A program made the translations under genes and the position numbers. Positions 9,711-18,696 of a DNA stretch of 64,000 nt are shown here, piece after piece. The DNA is taken from NCBI GenBank assembly GCA_963721815.1, contig CAVRLO010000010.1, positions 278,257 through 342,256 of the forward strand, in the 5' to 3' direction. Origin of the DNA: an uncultured Candidatus Rokubacteria bacterium (GTDB lineage Bacteria > Methylomirabilota > Methylomirabilia > Rokubacteriales > CSP1-6). The first letter of the stretch is position 1. Every line of letters starts with the position of its first letter. The notes beneath the pieces are model-generated. The model was not told where the DNA came from. It was given only the letters and a program-made list of their open reading frames with translations, and did no database searches.

Positions 9711-9840
9711 GGGGCTCATGACGCCCCCCTCACCTCGCGCCCTCACTAAAAATGGGCGCGTCCTGGCGCGCGCCGTGCCTTTCATTGCCTCGCATTGCAC
9801 AGGAGCACGTGCTCAGTAGCAAGCACTTGAGGAGTTCAGC

Positions 9841-9857
9841 ATTACCTCGGAGGTAAT
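9841..9857. promoter_or_regulatory. Palindromic operator, copy 3, upstream of the XRE regulator
   Basis: 8-1-8 palindrome overlapping TTGGTC-N17-TAGAGT, which ends 6 nt before GTG 9892. Confidence 0.8.
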
Positions 9858-9891
9858 TGGTCGCACGCTCCGGCCCGTGTAGAGTGCGGGC

Positions 9892-10722
9892 GTGAGCGAC
9901 AGCAAGAGCGCGCGACGACATCTTCGGAATGCTCGGCCGAGCACCGTCGGCGGGCTTCTGAAGCAGTGGCGCGAGCGGCGGCGGATGAGCCAGCTCGGCC
10001 TGGCCCTCGAGGCCGAGATCTCGACGCGGCATCTGAGCTTCCTCGAGACCGGGCGCACGCAGCCGAGCCGCGAGATGCTCTTGCTCCTGTCCCGCGTCCT
10101 CGACGTGCCGCTGCGCGGCCGCAACGAGCTCCTCATCGCGGCCGGTTACGCGCCGGTCTATCGCGAGACCGGGCTGGACGCGCCCGAGATGGCGCAGGTC
10201 AAACAGGCGCTCGGCTTCATGCTCCGACAGCAAGAGCCGCTGCCCGCGATGGTCCTCGACCGGCACTGGAACATCCTGATGACGAACGAGGCGATGGGCC
10301 GGGTGATGGGGCTGTTCCTGGACCCGGCGGCCGCGGCGGCGCTGGGCCCACCGAACGCGATGCGCCTGTCCTACCACCCGCAGGCGCTCCGGCCCTACAT
10401 CGTCAATTGGGAAGCGACGGCGGCGGCCTTCATCCAGTGGCTCCACCGGGATCTCCTGCGCACGGGTGACGCCGAGACGCGCCGGCTGCTCGACGAGCTC
10501 CTGTCCTATCCCGACGTGCCGAGCCAGTGGCAGCTGCTCGACCTCGACGCGTCGACGGCGCCGTTTCTCGCGATCGAGCTCCGGAAGGGAGACGTGCGCT
10601 TCAGTTTCTTCACTTTGCTCGCGAGCCTCGGCACGCCGTACGACATCACCCTGCACGAGCTTCGGATCGAATGCTTCTTCGCCGCCGACGCGGCGACCGA
10701 CGCGGCGCTCCGCCGGTTGTGA
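9892..10722 (+). CDS. XRE-family HTH regulator with MmyB-like ligand-binding domain
   Basis: WRERRRMSQLGLALEAEISTRHLSFLETGR HTH; PAMVLDRHWNIL and ELRIECFFAAD in the C-terminal domain. Confidence 0.92.
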   Translation: MSDSKSARRHLRNARPSTVGGLLKQWRERRRMSQLGLALEAEISTRHLSFLETGRTQPSREMLLLLSRVLDVPLRGRNELLIAAGYAPVYRETGLDAPEMAQVKQALGFMLRQQEPLPAMVLDRHWNILMTNEAMGRVMGLFLDPAAAAALGPPNAMRLSYHPQALRPYIVNWEATAAAFIQWLHRDLLRTGDAETRRLLDELLSYPDVPSQWQLLDLDASTAPFLAIELRKGDVRFSFFTLLASLGTPYDITLHELRIECFFAADAATDAALRRL

Positions 10723-10743
10723 CGTCTGCGCGCGGGGCGCCCT

Positions 10744-11628
10744 TCAGCGCTCCACGCTCAACGTGATCGTGGCCCGGAGCGCTTCGCCAGGCTCCAGGAT
10801 TTGCGTTCCCGTGTCGGCCCGCCCAGCCGCGGCAAGATTGAACGCGTCGGTGACGTGGCTCACCGGCTCCGCGCAGAAGAATGGCCGGTGGGGTGGCGTG
10901 TAGACGACGAGGCAGTCGAGCGGCGTCTCGGCCATCATGATCAGACGCACGCCGGATTCGGGACGCTCGATCACGACTCTGCGCCGCCAGCCCACGAAGC
11001 AGTTGTCGAGCGCGACGGCATCGACCATGACCCCGCGCGTCGGATCGGCGTCGGGGCGCGGCGCCGCCAGCACGGTCGGCATCACCTCGTCGTCGGTCAG
11101 CCAGATCGCCTCGACGTCCGCGGTGACGGTCGTTTGCGGCGTGCGCAGGAAGTACGGGTGCCAGCCGATCCCGGCCGGCATCGCCGTGTTGCTTTCGTTT
11201 CGCATGGCCAATGCCACCGACAGACTCGACGCCGCGAGCACGAAGCGCTGCGTGGCGCGATAGGCCCAGGGCCACGCACCGGGCTCGTGACGATACTCTA
11301 CGGCGGCCTCGTGAGCTCGTACCTCGAGCGGCTGCCAGCCCGCCTGCCAGCCGTGACCGTGGATGCTGTGGCGCTCGGGCGGGCGATTCAGCGGCAAGGC
11401 CACGTCGCGTCCCCGGAAGGAGAAGCGCCCCGCGCGGATGCGATTCGAGTACGGAACCAGCGGGAAGGCGGCCGCCTCCAGCGGCTCGCCGGGGCACGGC
11501 GCCGACCATGGGCGGAGCAGATCCAGCATCGCCGCGCCGTCGTCGATCCAGTAGCGCGCGACGGATCCACCGGCCGAAGGCGCCAGCACGAGACCAGCGC
11601 CCTCGGCGCGCAGGGTGATAAGGTCCAT
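10744..11628 (-). CDS. Aldose 1-epimerase family protein
   Basis: FPLVPYSNRI, HSIHGHGW, GWHPYF and FFCAEP motifs. Confidence 0.9.
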   Translation of the reverse strand: MDLITLRAEGAGLVLAPSAGGSVARYWIDDGAAMLDLLRPWSAPCPGEPLEAAAFPLVPYSNRIRAGRFSFRGRDVALPLNRPPERHSIHGHGWQAGWQPLEVRAHEAAVEYRHEPGAWPWAYRATQRFVLAASSLSVALAMRNESNTAMPAGIGWHPYFLRTPQTTVTADVEAIWLTDDEVMPTVLAAPRPDADPTRGVMVDAVALDNCFVGWRRRVVIERPESGVRLIMMAETPLDCLVVYTPPHRPFFCAEPVSHVTDAFNLAAAGRADTGTQILEPGEALRATITLSVER

Positions 11629-11674
11629 ACTTTGGCGCGCCCCAGAGCCTAGCACGCGCGACCGGGAGGGTTGC

Positions 11675-12442
11675 ATGATCGGAACCGCCTCGTACCCCAG
11701 CCTCGAGGCTCGCGCCGCGTTCGTGACCGGCGGCGGCAGCGGCATCGGCGCGTCGATCGTCGAGCACCTCTGCGCCCAGCGCGCCCGGGTCGCGTTCGTG
11801 GACATCGATCTGGCGGCGTCAGAGGCGCTAGTCAAGACCGTCGCGGAGCGCGGTCACCCCGCGCCGATCTTCATCCCGTGCGATCTCCGCGACATCCCGG
11901 CGCTCAAGTCGGCGATCGCCGAGGCGCGGGCGCGGCTCGGCGCGATCCGCGTGCTGGTCAACAACGCCGCCAACGACGAGCGCCACACGATCGAGCGCGT
12001 GACGCCCGAGTACTGGGACGACCGGTTCGCGGTGAACCTGCGCCACCAGTTCTTCGCGGCGCAGGCGGTCGCCCCCGAGATGGCCGGCGCGGGCGGCGGC
12101 TCGATCATCAACTTCGGCTCGACATCGTGGCTGGTCGGGCAGGGCGGGATGCCCGCGTATCTCAGCGCGAAGGCCGCCGTGGCCGGGCTGACCCGCGCGC
12201 TGGCCCGAGACCTCGGCCCGATGAACATCCGCGTCAACTCGATCGTGCCCGGCTGGATCATGACCGAGCGCCAGATCAAGCTCTGGCTGACTCCGGAGGG
12301 TGAGCAGGAGCTGCTGCGGCGTCAGTGCCTGAAGCGAAAGCTGGTCCCGGAGGACATCGCGCGCGTCGTGCTCTTCTTCGCCTCGGACGACAGCGCGGCG
12401 TGCACGAGCCAGAGCTATATCGTCGACGGCGGCTGGGTCTGA
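11675..12442 (+). CDS. SDR oxidoreductase, D-xylose 1-dehydrogenase-like (Weimberg/Dahms entry)
   Basis: TGGGSGIG, NNAANDERH, YxxxK (YLSAK) and PGWIMTERQ, typical of Caulobacter XylB-like SDRs. Confidence 0.82.
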   Translation: MIGTASYPSLEARAAFVTGGGSGIGASIVEHLCAQRARVAFVDIDLAASEALVKTVAERGHPAPIFIPCDLRDIPALKSAIAEARARLGAIRVLVNNAANDERHTIERVTPEYWDDRFAVNLRHQFFAAQAVAPEMAGAGGGSIINFGSTSWLVGQGGMPAYLSAKAAVAGLTRALARDLGPMNIRVNSIVPGWIMTERQIKLWLTPEGEQELLRRQCLKRKLVPEDIARVVLFFASDDSAACTSQSYIVDGGWV

Positions 12443-12458
12443 GCGGGCGCCGCGTCAG

Positions 12459-14387
12459 ATGACGACAAGGCGCACGGCAGGACCAGTCGATGACGCGAAG
12501 AGCCCCGCGGCCACGTTGACGACCCTCGACGGCCGGGCCGTGACGATCGAGGACGGCCTGTGGGCCCGCCGTCAAGCGGTCAACCACGATAGCGCGCTGG
12601 CGCACGGCTTCCGCATGCTCGAGGCGGCGGGGAATCTCGAGAATCTCCGCATCGCCGCCGGCCGCTCGACGGCCCCCTACCGCGGCCCGGTGTTCATGGA
12701 CTCCGATGTGTACAAGTGGCTCGAGGCCGCGGGCTGGGAGCTGGGCCGCGCGCCGAGCGAGTGGCTCCGCGCGACCAGCGAGGCGACGATCGACCTGGTG
12801 GCCGCGGCGCAGGGTGCGGACGGCTACATCAACTCCTACTACACCGTGGCCGAGCCGGGGAAGCGCTGGATCGACTTCGCCCACGGGCACGAGCTCTATT
12901 GCGCCGGCCACCTCATCCAGGCCGCGGTCGCATTCAGGCGAGCCACCGGTGACGACCGGCTGCTGACGATCGCCCGGCGCTTCGCAGACCACCTGCACTC
13001 ACTCTTCGGGCCGGGCCGACGCATCGCGACTCCGGGCCATCCCGAGATCGAGATGGCGCTGGTCGAGCTCTATCGTGAGACGGGCGAGCAGCGTCACCTC
13101 GAGCTGGCCGCCTTCTTCCTCGAGCATCGAGGACGAGGCTGGCTCGGACCCGGCCGCTATGGCTCGGCATCGTTCCAGGACCGCGTGCCCGTTCGCGACG
13201 CGACGGCAGTCGAGGGCCACGCCGTTCGCGCCCTCTACCTGACAACGGGCGCCACGGATATCTATCTCGAGACCGGTGAAGCGGCGCTTCTCACCGCGTT
13301 GAAAAGCCAGTGGCACGACCTAGTCAGCCGCAAGGTCTACATCACCGGCGGCGTCGGCGGCCGGCATCTCAGCGAGGCGTTCGGCCAGCCGTACGAGCTG
13401 CCGAACGACCTCGCGTACTGCGAGACGTGCGGCGCGATCGCGAGCGTCATGTGGAGCTGGCGCTTGCTCCTGGCCACGGGCGACTCGCGCTTCGGCGATC
13501 TCATCGAGCGCACCCTCTACAACGCCGTCCTCGCCGGCGTCTCACTCACCGGCGACCGCTACTTTTACGTGAACCCGCTGGCCAGCAACGGCGAGGCCGA
13601 GTACCTGAGCCGAGGTGGTTGCATCCGTAAGGATTGGCACACGGTCGCCTGCTGTCCGCCGAACGTCATGCGCCAACTCGCGACGTTCGGCCACTACATC
13701 GCCACCCGCGACACCTCGGGCCTGCAGATCCACCAATACGCCGGCGCGCGCATCGCCGCCGATCTCGGCTCCGGACCGGCCCTGGTGATGCGCATGGAGA
13801 CCGCCTACCCGTGGGAAGGCCGGGTCCGGCTCGCGATCGAGCAAGCACCAACGGCGTCACGCACGTTGAGCTTCCGCGTGCCCGGCTGGTGCACGGCGGC
13901 GACAGCGCGGGTCAACGGGCGTCAGGTCTCGCCCGGATCGAACGGCTATCTGCGAATCGATCGCGTCTGGCACGCCGGCGATGTCATCGAGCTCGACTTC
14001 CCGATGGACGCGCGACTCGTCGAAGCCCATCCGTGGATCGAGTCGACACGGGGCTGTGTGGCGATCGAGCGCGGCCCGCTCGTCTACTGCCTCGAGCAGG
14101 CCGATCATCCGGACGCGGCGATCGCCGATCTCGAGATCGACACCGCGGCGCCGCTCGAATCGTCCTGGGTTTCAGGGTGCCTCGAGGGGGTGACCGTCGT
14201 CCGCGGCTCCGGGTGGGCGGTTGACACCGCGCCGTGGAATGATCGCCTCTATCGACCCGTCGGACTCGGCTCGTCGGCGGCCCGCCGGCGCATGGCGCTG
14301 ACGGCCATCCCGTACTACGCGTGGGCGAACCGCGGGCCGGGAGCTATGCGGGTCTGGATTCCGCGAGGCCCGCGAGGCGCCGCGTAG
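12459..14387 (+). CDS. GH127 beta-L-arabinofuranosidase-like glycosidase
   Basis: DSDVYKWLEA, HELYCAGH, GHAVRA, YCETC, CCPPN and IPYYAWANR motifs. Confidence 0.93.
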   Translation: MTTRRTAGPVDDAKSPAATLTTLDGRAVTIEDGLWARRQAVNHDSALAHGFRMLEAAGNLENLRIAAGRSTAPYRGPVFMDSDVYKWLEAAGWELGRAPSEWLRATSEATIDLVAAAQGADGYINSYYTVAEPGKRWIDFAHGHELYCAGHLIQAAVAFRRATGDDRLLTIARRFADHLHSLFGPGRRIATPGHPEIEMALVELYRETGEQRHLELAAFFLEHRGRGWLGPGRYGSASFQDRVPVRDATAVEGHAVRALYLTTGATDIYLETGEAALLTALKSQWHDLVSRKVYITGGVGGRHLSEAFGQPYELPNDLAYCETCGAIASVMWSWRLLLATGDSRFGDLIERTLYNAVLAGVSLTGDRYFYVNPLASNGEAEYLSRGGCIRKDWHTVACCPPNVMRQLATFGHYIATRDTSGLQIHQYAGARIAADLGSGPALVMRMETAYPWEGRVRLAIEQAPTASRTLSFRVPGWCTAATARVNGRQVSPGSNGYLRIDRVWHAGDVIELDFPMDARLVEAHPWIESTRGCVAIERGPLVYCLEQADHPDAAIADLEIDTAAPLESSWVSGCLEGVTVVRGSGWAVDTAPWNDRLYRPVGLGSSAARRRMALTAIPYYAWANRGPGAMRVWIPRGPRGAA

Positions 14388-14418
14388 CGGCGCGCGTAAG
14401 GCCAGTCGTGAGGTACGT

Positions 14419-15576
14419 CTAGGCCCGCGACGGAGATGGAGCCGAAGTGTAGCGGGGCATCACCTCGGACGCGAAGAGCTCGATCGAGCGCATCGCGTCC
14501 TGGTGAGAGATGTCGCCCCACTGGAACGAGCAGACGAAGTAGTTCGCCCCCGTCGCCACGTACTCGTCCATGTATTCGAGCACCGCGCGGGACGAGCCCG
14601 CCAAAGCCACGCCCCCGATGCGGTTGGGATGGGAGCCTTGCTTCACCTGGTCGAAGCGCTCGAGCTCGGCGTCGATGTCCCGGCGCATCTCGCGCGTCGG
14701 CAACCCCTTGGGGCGCTCGCCGACGAAGCCGAACGATCCGTCCTTGGCCTGCATGAACTGAGTGAGGCCGCGTTTCTCCGCTTCGAGGCGGCGGGGCGCG
14801 GCGAGGTTCCAGCGATACTTCTCCCACGCGGGGGCGGCGATCCGCATCGCCTCGGCATCCGTCTCCGCCAGGACCAGGTGCACGACCAGCCCGATCATCG
14901 GCTCGTGCCCCTGCACCGTGAGCGTGCCCGAGCCCTGATGCTGTTCCCACGCCGCCCGGTATCGCGGGACCGCCACGGCGAGCCCGTCGATCGAGCCGAC
15001 GATGATCGTGTGCATCCCTTCCATCGCCGCCGTCACCGGATTGCGCATGTACCAGAGCGGCGGATAGGGCTTCTGCAGCGGCCGCAGGTACATCGGGAGG
15101 TTCTCGAATTTGTGAAAGTGGCCGGCATAGGTGAGCTGATCGTGGCTGAGCCCTTCGCGGAGGATCGCCAGGGTCTCCAGATACCGCGCGTAGTTGGTCT
15201 CGGGGTCGGCTTCCTGACCCCAGAAGAAGGCTTCCATGACGCCGCCGCGGCCGACGCCGATCTCGAGGCGCCCGCCGCTCAGGTTGTCGAGCATGCTGAT
15301 CTCCTCGATCAGCCGGAGCGGGTGGTGGAGCGGCAGGACGTAGACGCAGGGGCCGAACCGCATGCGCGTCGTGCGCTGGGCGACGCTGCCGAGGAACACG
15401 TTCTGCGACGGCGCCAGGCTGTGGATGGCGGGCGTGTGGTGCTCGGCCAGGTGATAGGCGTAGAAGCCGGCGCGGTCGAGGCGCTCGATCTGGACCAGCC
15501 GCTCGCGGTAGATCTGATCGAGTCGCTGTCCCGGAACCGGCTCGATGTGGTCGAAGACCCCGAATCGCAGTGACAT
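14419..15576 (-). CDS. LLM-class flavin-dependent oxidoreductase
   Basis: YHLAEHH, LPLHHPLRLIEEISMLDNLSGGRLEIGVGRG. Confidence 0.9.
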   Translation of the reverse strand: MSLRFGVFDHIEPVPGQRLDQIYRERLVQIERLDRAGFYAYHLAEHHTPAIHSLAPSQNVFLGSVAQRTTRMRFGPCVYVLPLHHPLRLIEEISMLDNLSGGRLEIGVGRGGVMEAFFWGQEADPETNYARYLETLAILREGLSHDQLTYAGHFHKFENLPMYLRPLQKPYPPLWYMRNPVTAAMEGMHTIIVGSIDGLAVAVPRYRAAWEQHQGSGTLTVQGHEPMIGLVVHLVLAETDAEAMRIAAPAWEKYRWNLAAPRRLEAEKRGLTQFMQAKDGSFGFVGERPKGLPTREMRRDIDAELERFDQVKQGSHPNRIGGVALAGSSRAVLEYMDEYVATGANYFVCSFQWGDISHQDAMRSIELFASEVMPRYTSAPSPSRA

Positions 15577-15730
15577 GTCGCCCCCCGTCCCGTAATCCTA
15601 CAGGATTTCGCGGCTCGGCGGCTTGACAGCCCCGAGGCCGTGGCGTAGCGTCGCGCCATTCACGACGCGGTCGCGCGTGATGTGGGTCGGGTCTGCCGGC
15701 GCGCCGCGGCTACAAAGTGAGGATCGATCA

Positions 15731-16987
15731 ATGAGGATCTCGCGGACCTTCAGGTGTCTGGCGGTCGTAGTTCTTTCGGTGCTGGTGGTCTCGTCGGGCC
15801 CCGAGGTGCCGGTGTCGGCGCAGAGCAAGACGATCACGCTTTCGATGCTCGCCGGCTTCAAGGAAGACGTGCTGCGCGCGAGCCTGCCCGACTTCGAGAA
15901 GAAGACGGGCATCAAGGTCGTGGTCGACGCCTCGCCGTTCGGCGATCTGTACAAGAAGCAGCTTCTGTCGCTCTCCACCGGCGCCGGCCGGTACGACGTC
16001 GTCTTCGTGGACGAGCCCTGGATTCCACCGCTCTCGGAATTTCTCCTCCCGCTGAACGAGCGCATGAAGACCCTGGACCTTCAGGATTTCATTCCCACGA
16101 CGGTCGCCTCCGGCGCGTTCCAGGGCACGCAGTACGGGGTCCCGGTCGATCCCAACGTGCAGCTCCTCGTCTATCGAAAGGACCTCTTCGAGCAGAAGGG
16201 GCTGAAGCCGCCGGCCACCTGGGACGAGCTTCTCGCTCACGCCAAGGCCTTCCACGATCCGGCCAAGCAACAGTACGGGATCGCCGTCACCGCCAGCAGC
16301 GACATCCAGACCGCGCTCTACATGCTGTTGGCGATGTGGTCCTACGGCGCCGAGCTGGTCGACGCCAACGGTCGCGGCTCGCTCAATAGCGCCGCCGGCA
16401 AGAAAGGCGGCGAGGTCTTTCTGGAGCTCCTGAAGTACACGCCGCCGAACGTGAAGAGCTACAACTTCGCCGACGTGAACAAGGCCGTCCAGCTCGGTCA
16501 GGCCGCAATGGCCATCCAGTGGGCGTCGGGCGCCCGTCCGATGGAGGACAAGACACGCTCCACCGTCGCCGGCAAGCTCGGGTACGCGCAGGTGCCGAAG
16601 GCGGTTCGGCAGACGCCGATGCGCGGCGTGTGGACGCTGGCGATCGCCAAAAACAGCACCAGTCAGGATGCCGCCTGGCAGTTCGCGACGTGGCTCTCCG
16701 GCAAGGACTTCGGCCACGCCGCGGTGAAATATCCGAGCGCGACCTCGGCCATCCATAGCCCGCGCTTCTCGGTGCTGAAGGATCCCGGCACCAAGGCCAC
16801 TCTGCCCTACGCCGATGCGCTGCTCGAGAGCCTGCAGATCACGAAGGAGCGGCCGCGCCTGCGAGAGTACGCGGACATTCAGGAGAATCTTCGGGTGACG
16901 GCGGGCAAGCTGACGGCGGGCGAGCTGACCCTGGAAGCCGCGCTGAAGGAGATCGACGCGGGGACGAACCGGATCCTCGGGAAGTAG
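15731..16987 (+). CDS. Carbohydrate ABC substrate-binding protein (CUT1)
   Basis: Signal peptide; DFEKKTGIKV and YRKDLFEQKGLKPPATWDEL. Confidence 0.92.
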   Translation: MRISRTFRCLAVVVLSVLVVSSGPEVPVSAQSKTITLSMLAGFKEDVLRASLPDFEKKTGIKVVVDASPFGDLYKKQLLSLSTGAGRYDVVFVDEPWIPPLSEFLLPLNERMKTLDLQDFIPTTVASGAFQGTQYGVPVDPNVQLLVYRKDLFEQKGLKPPATWDELLAHAKAFHDPAKQQYGIAVTASSDIQTALYMLLAMWSYGAELVDANGRGSLNSAAGKKGGEVFLELLKYTPPNVKSYNFADVNKAVQLGQAAMAIQWASGARPMEDKTRSTVAGKLGYAQVPKAVRQTPMRGVWTLAIAKNSTSQDAAWQFATWLSGKDFGHAAVKYPSATSAIHSPRFSVLKDPGTKATLPYADALLESLQITKERPRLREYADIQENLRVTAGKLTAGELTLEAALKEIDAGTNRILGK

Positions 16988-17000
16988 CGGCGCACCGGGC

Positions 17001-17870
17001 ATGGCCGCCGGCCGGGCAGGACGGTGGTTCCTGCTTCCGGGCCTGGTGTTCCTGTTCGCCATCGACCTCATCCCCCTCGCCTATTCGGGCTGGGTGAGCT
17101 TCTACAACTGGTGGCTCATTCGGCCGCGCGACGTGCGCTTCATCGGTCTGGCGAACTACACGCGCCTCGCCGACGACCCCGAGTTCACGCGCGCGGTCGT
17201 CGTCACGACGCTCTTCACGGTGGGCGCCGTGCTGCTCGAGTTCCTGGTGGGCCTCCTGCTGGCGCTGCTCTTCGCGCAGCCGTTCAAATTTCTCCGGCCG
17301 ATCCGCGTGCTGCTGCTGCTGCCGCTCTTCGTCGTGCCGGTCGTCGGCGCCACAATGTGGCGCGTGATCTTCCATCCCGAGGTCGGCGTGCTGAATCACT
17401 ACCTTGGCGCGATCGGTCTCGGCCCGCTGCCCTGGCTCAGCGACCCACGCCTGGCGCTGGTGTCGATCACGCTCGTCGATGCCTGGCGCACGATCCCGTT
17501 CATGTTCCTCGTGATCTACGCCGGGCTCGAGGTGCTCCCGGCGGAGCTCTTCGAGGCGGCCGCGGTCGATGGCGCCTCCGCGTGGCAGAGCTTCCGACAC
17601 ATCACGGTGCCATTGCTGACCTACATCATGCTGCTCGCCGTCCTCATCCGGGGGATGGACGCGTTCCGCGAGTTCGACATCATCTTCGTACTCACCGGCG
17701 GCGGGCCGGGCACGGCGACGCAGACGATCCAGATCTTGAACTACCGCGCCTTCGGCCTGGGCCACATGGGCGAGGCCAACGCGATCGGAATCGTGACCCT
17801 GATCATCGTGGCGGTGTTGTGCTTCGTGTTGATGCGGGCGGTCCTGCGGCCGCAGACGGCGCGGGGCTGA
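17001..17870 (+). CDS. Carbohydrate ABC permease (MalF-like)
   Basis: EAAAVDGA EAA loop; LTGGGPG. Confidence 0.93.
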   Translation: MAAGRAGRWFLLPGLVFLFAIDLIPLAYSGWVSFYNWWLIRPRDVRFIGLANYTRLADDPEFTRAVVVTTLFTVGAVLLEFLVGLLLALLFAQPFKFLRPIRVLLLLPLFVVPVVGATMWRVIFHPEVGVLNHYLGAIGLGPLPWLSDPRLALVSITLVDAWRTIPFMFLVIYAGLEVLPAELFEAAAVDGASAWQSFRHITVPLLTYIMLLAVLIRGMDAFREFDIIFVLTGGGPGTATQTIQILNYRAFGLGHMGEANAIGIVTLIIVAVLCFVLMRAVLRPQTARG

Positions 17871-17871
17871 C

Positions 17872-18696
17872 GTGAAGCCGACGCGACTTCGCGCGGCGCT
17901 GACGGGCCTGGCGCTCCTGCCCGTACTCGCCTGGACGCTCTTCCCGATCTATTGGATCACGACGGCGTCCTTCAAGACCGAGCTCTCGCTCTACGCCAAG
18001 CCACCGCAGTGGCTCTTCACGCCGATCCTCGACAACTACACGCGCGTGCTGACCAACATTCCCTTCTTCCAGTACTTGAAGAACAGCCTGGTCATCGCGA
18101 TCGGGACCACGGTCGGAAGCCTCGTGCTCGGCACCCTGGCCGGCTACGGCTTCGCGCGCTTCCGGTTCCGCGCCTCGGAGGCCGTGCGGTTCCTGGTGCT
18201 GGTCACACGGATGGCGCCGCGCATGGTGCTCGTGGTCCCGTACTACTTGATGATGCAGCGCCTGGGTCTGCTCGACACCTATACGGGCCTCCTGGTGGCG
18301 TATGTCTCGTTCGCGCTGCCGTTCTCGATCTGGCTCTTGATCGGCTTCTTCGTCGACGTGCCGCTTGACGTCGAAGAGGCTGCCATGATCGACGGCTGCT
18401 CGCGTCTGGGCGTGCTGATACGCATCGTGATCCCGATCGCCGCGCCCGGCCTCGTCGTCGCCGCCATCTTCGCGTTTCTCGTGTCCTGGAACGAGTTCCT
18501 GTTCGCGCTGATCCTGAGCGGCGTCGAGGCGAAGACCTTGCCGGTGGTCATCGCCGGGCTCAACACCGACGCCGGGCCGCTCTACGGCGAGATGAGCGCA
18601 GCCGCGGTGATGGTGATGCTGCCCAACATCATCATGACGCTCGCCCTGCAACGCTATCTGGTCAAAGGCCTCACCTTGGGGGCCGTCAAGGGGTAG
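17872..18696 (+). CDS. Carbohydrate ABC permease (MalG-like)
   Basis: EEAAMIDG; SWNEFLFA; GLTLGAVKG terminus. Confidence 0.94.
   Translation: MKPTRLRAALTGLALLPVLAWTLFPIYWITTASFKTELSLYAKPPQWLFTPILDNYTRVLTNIPFFQYLKNSLVIAIGTTVGSLVLGTLAGYGFARFRFRASEAVRFLVLVTRMAPRMVLVVPYYLMMQRLGLLDTYTGLLVAYVSFALPFSIWLLIGFFVDVPLDVEEAAMIDGCSRLGVLIRIVIPIAAPGLVVAAIFAFLVSWNEFLFALILSGVEAKTLPVVIAGLNTDAGPLYGEMSAAAVMVMLPNIIMTLALQRYLVKGLTLGAVKG

Noticed and set aside
9764-9778. sigma54-like TGGCGC-N5-GTGC
   Set aside because: Weak match expected by chance at this GC content; the regulator has a better sigma70-like promoter
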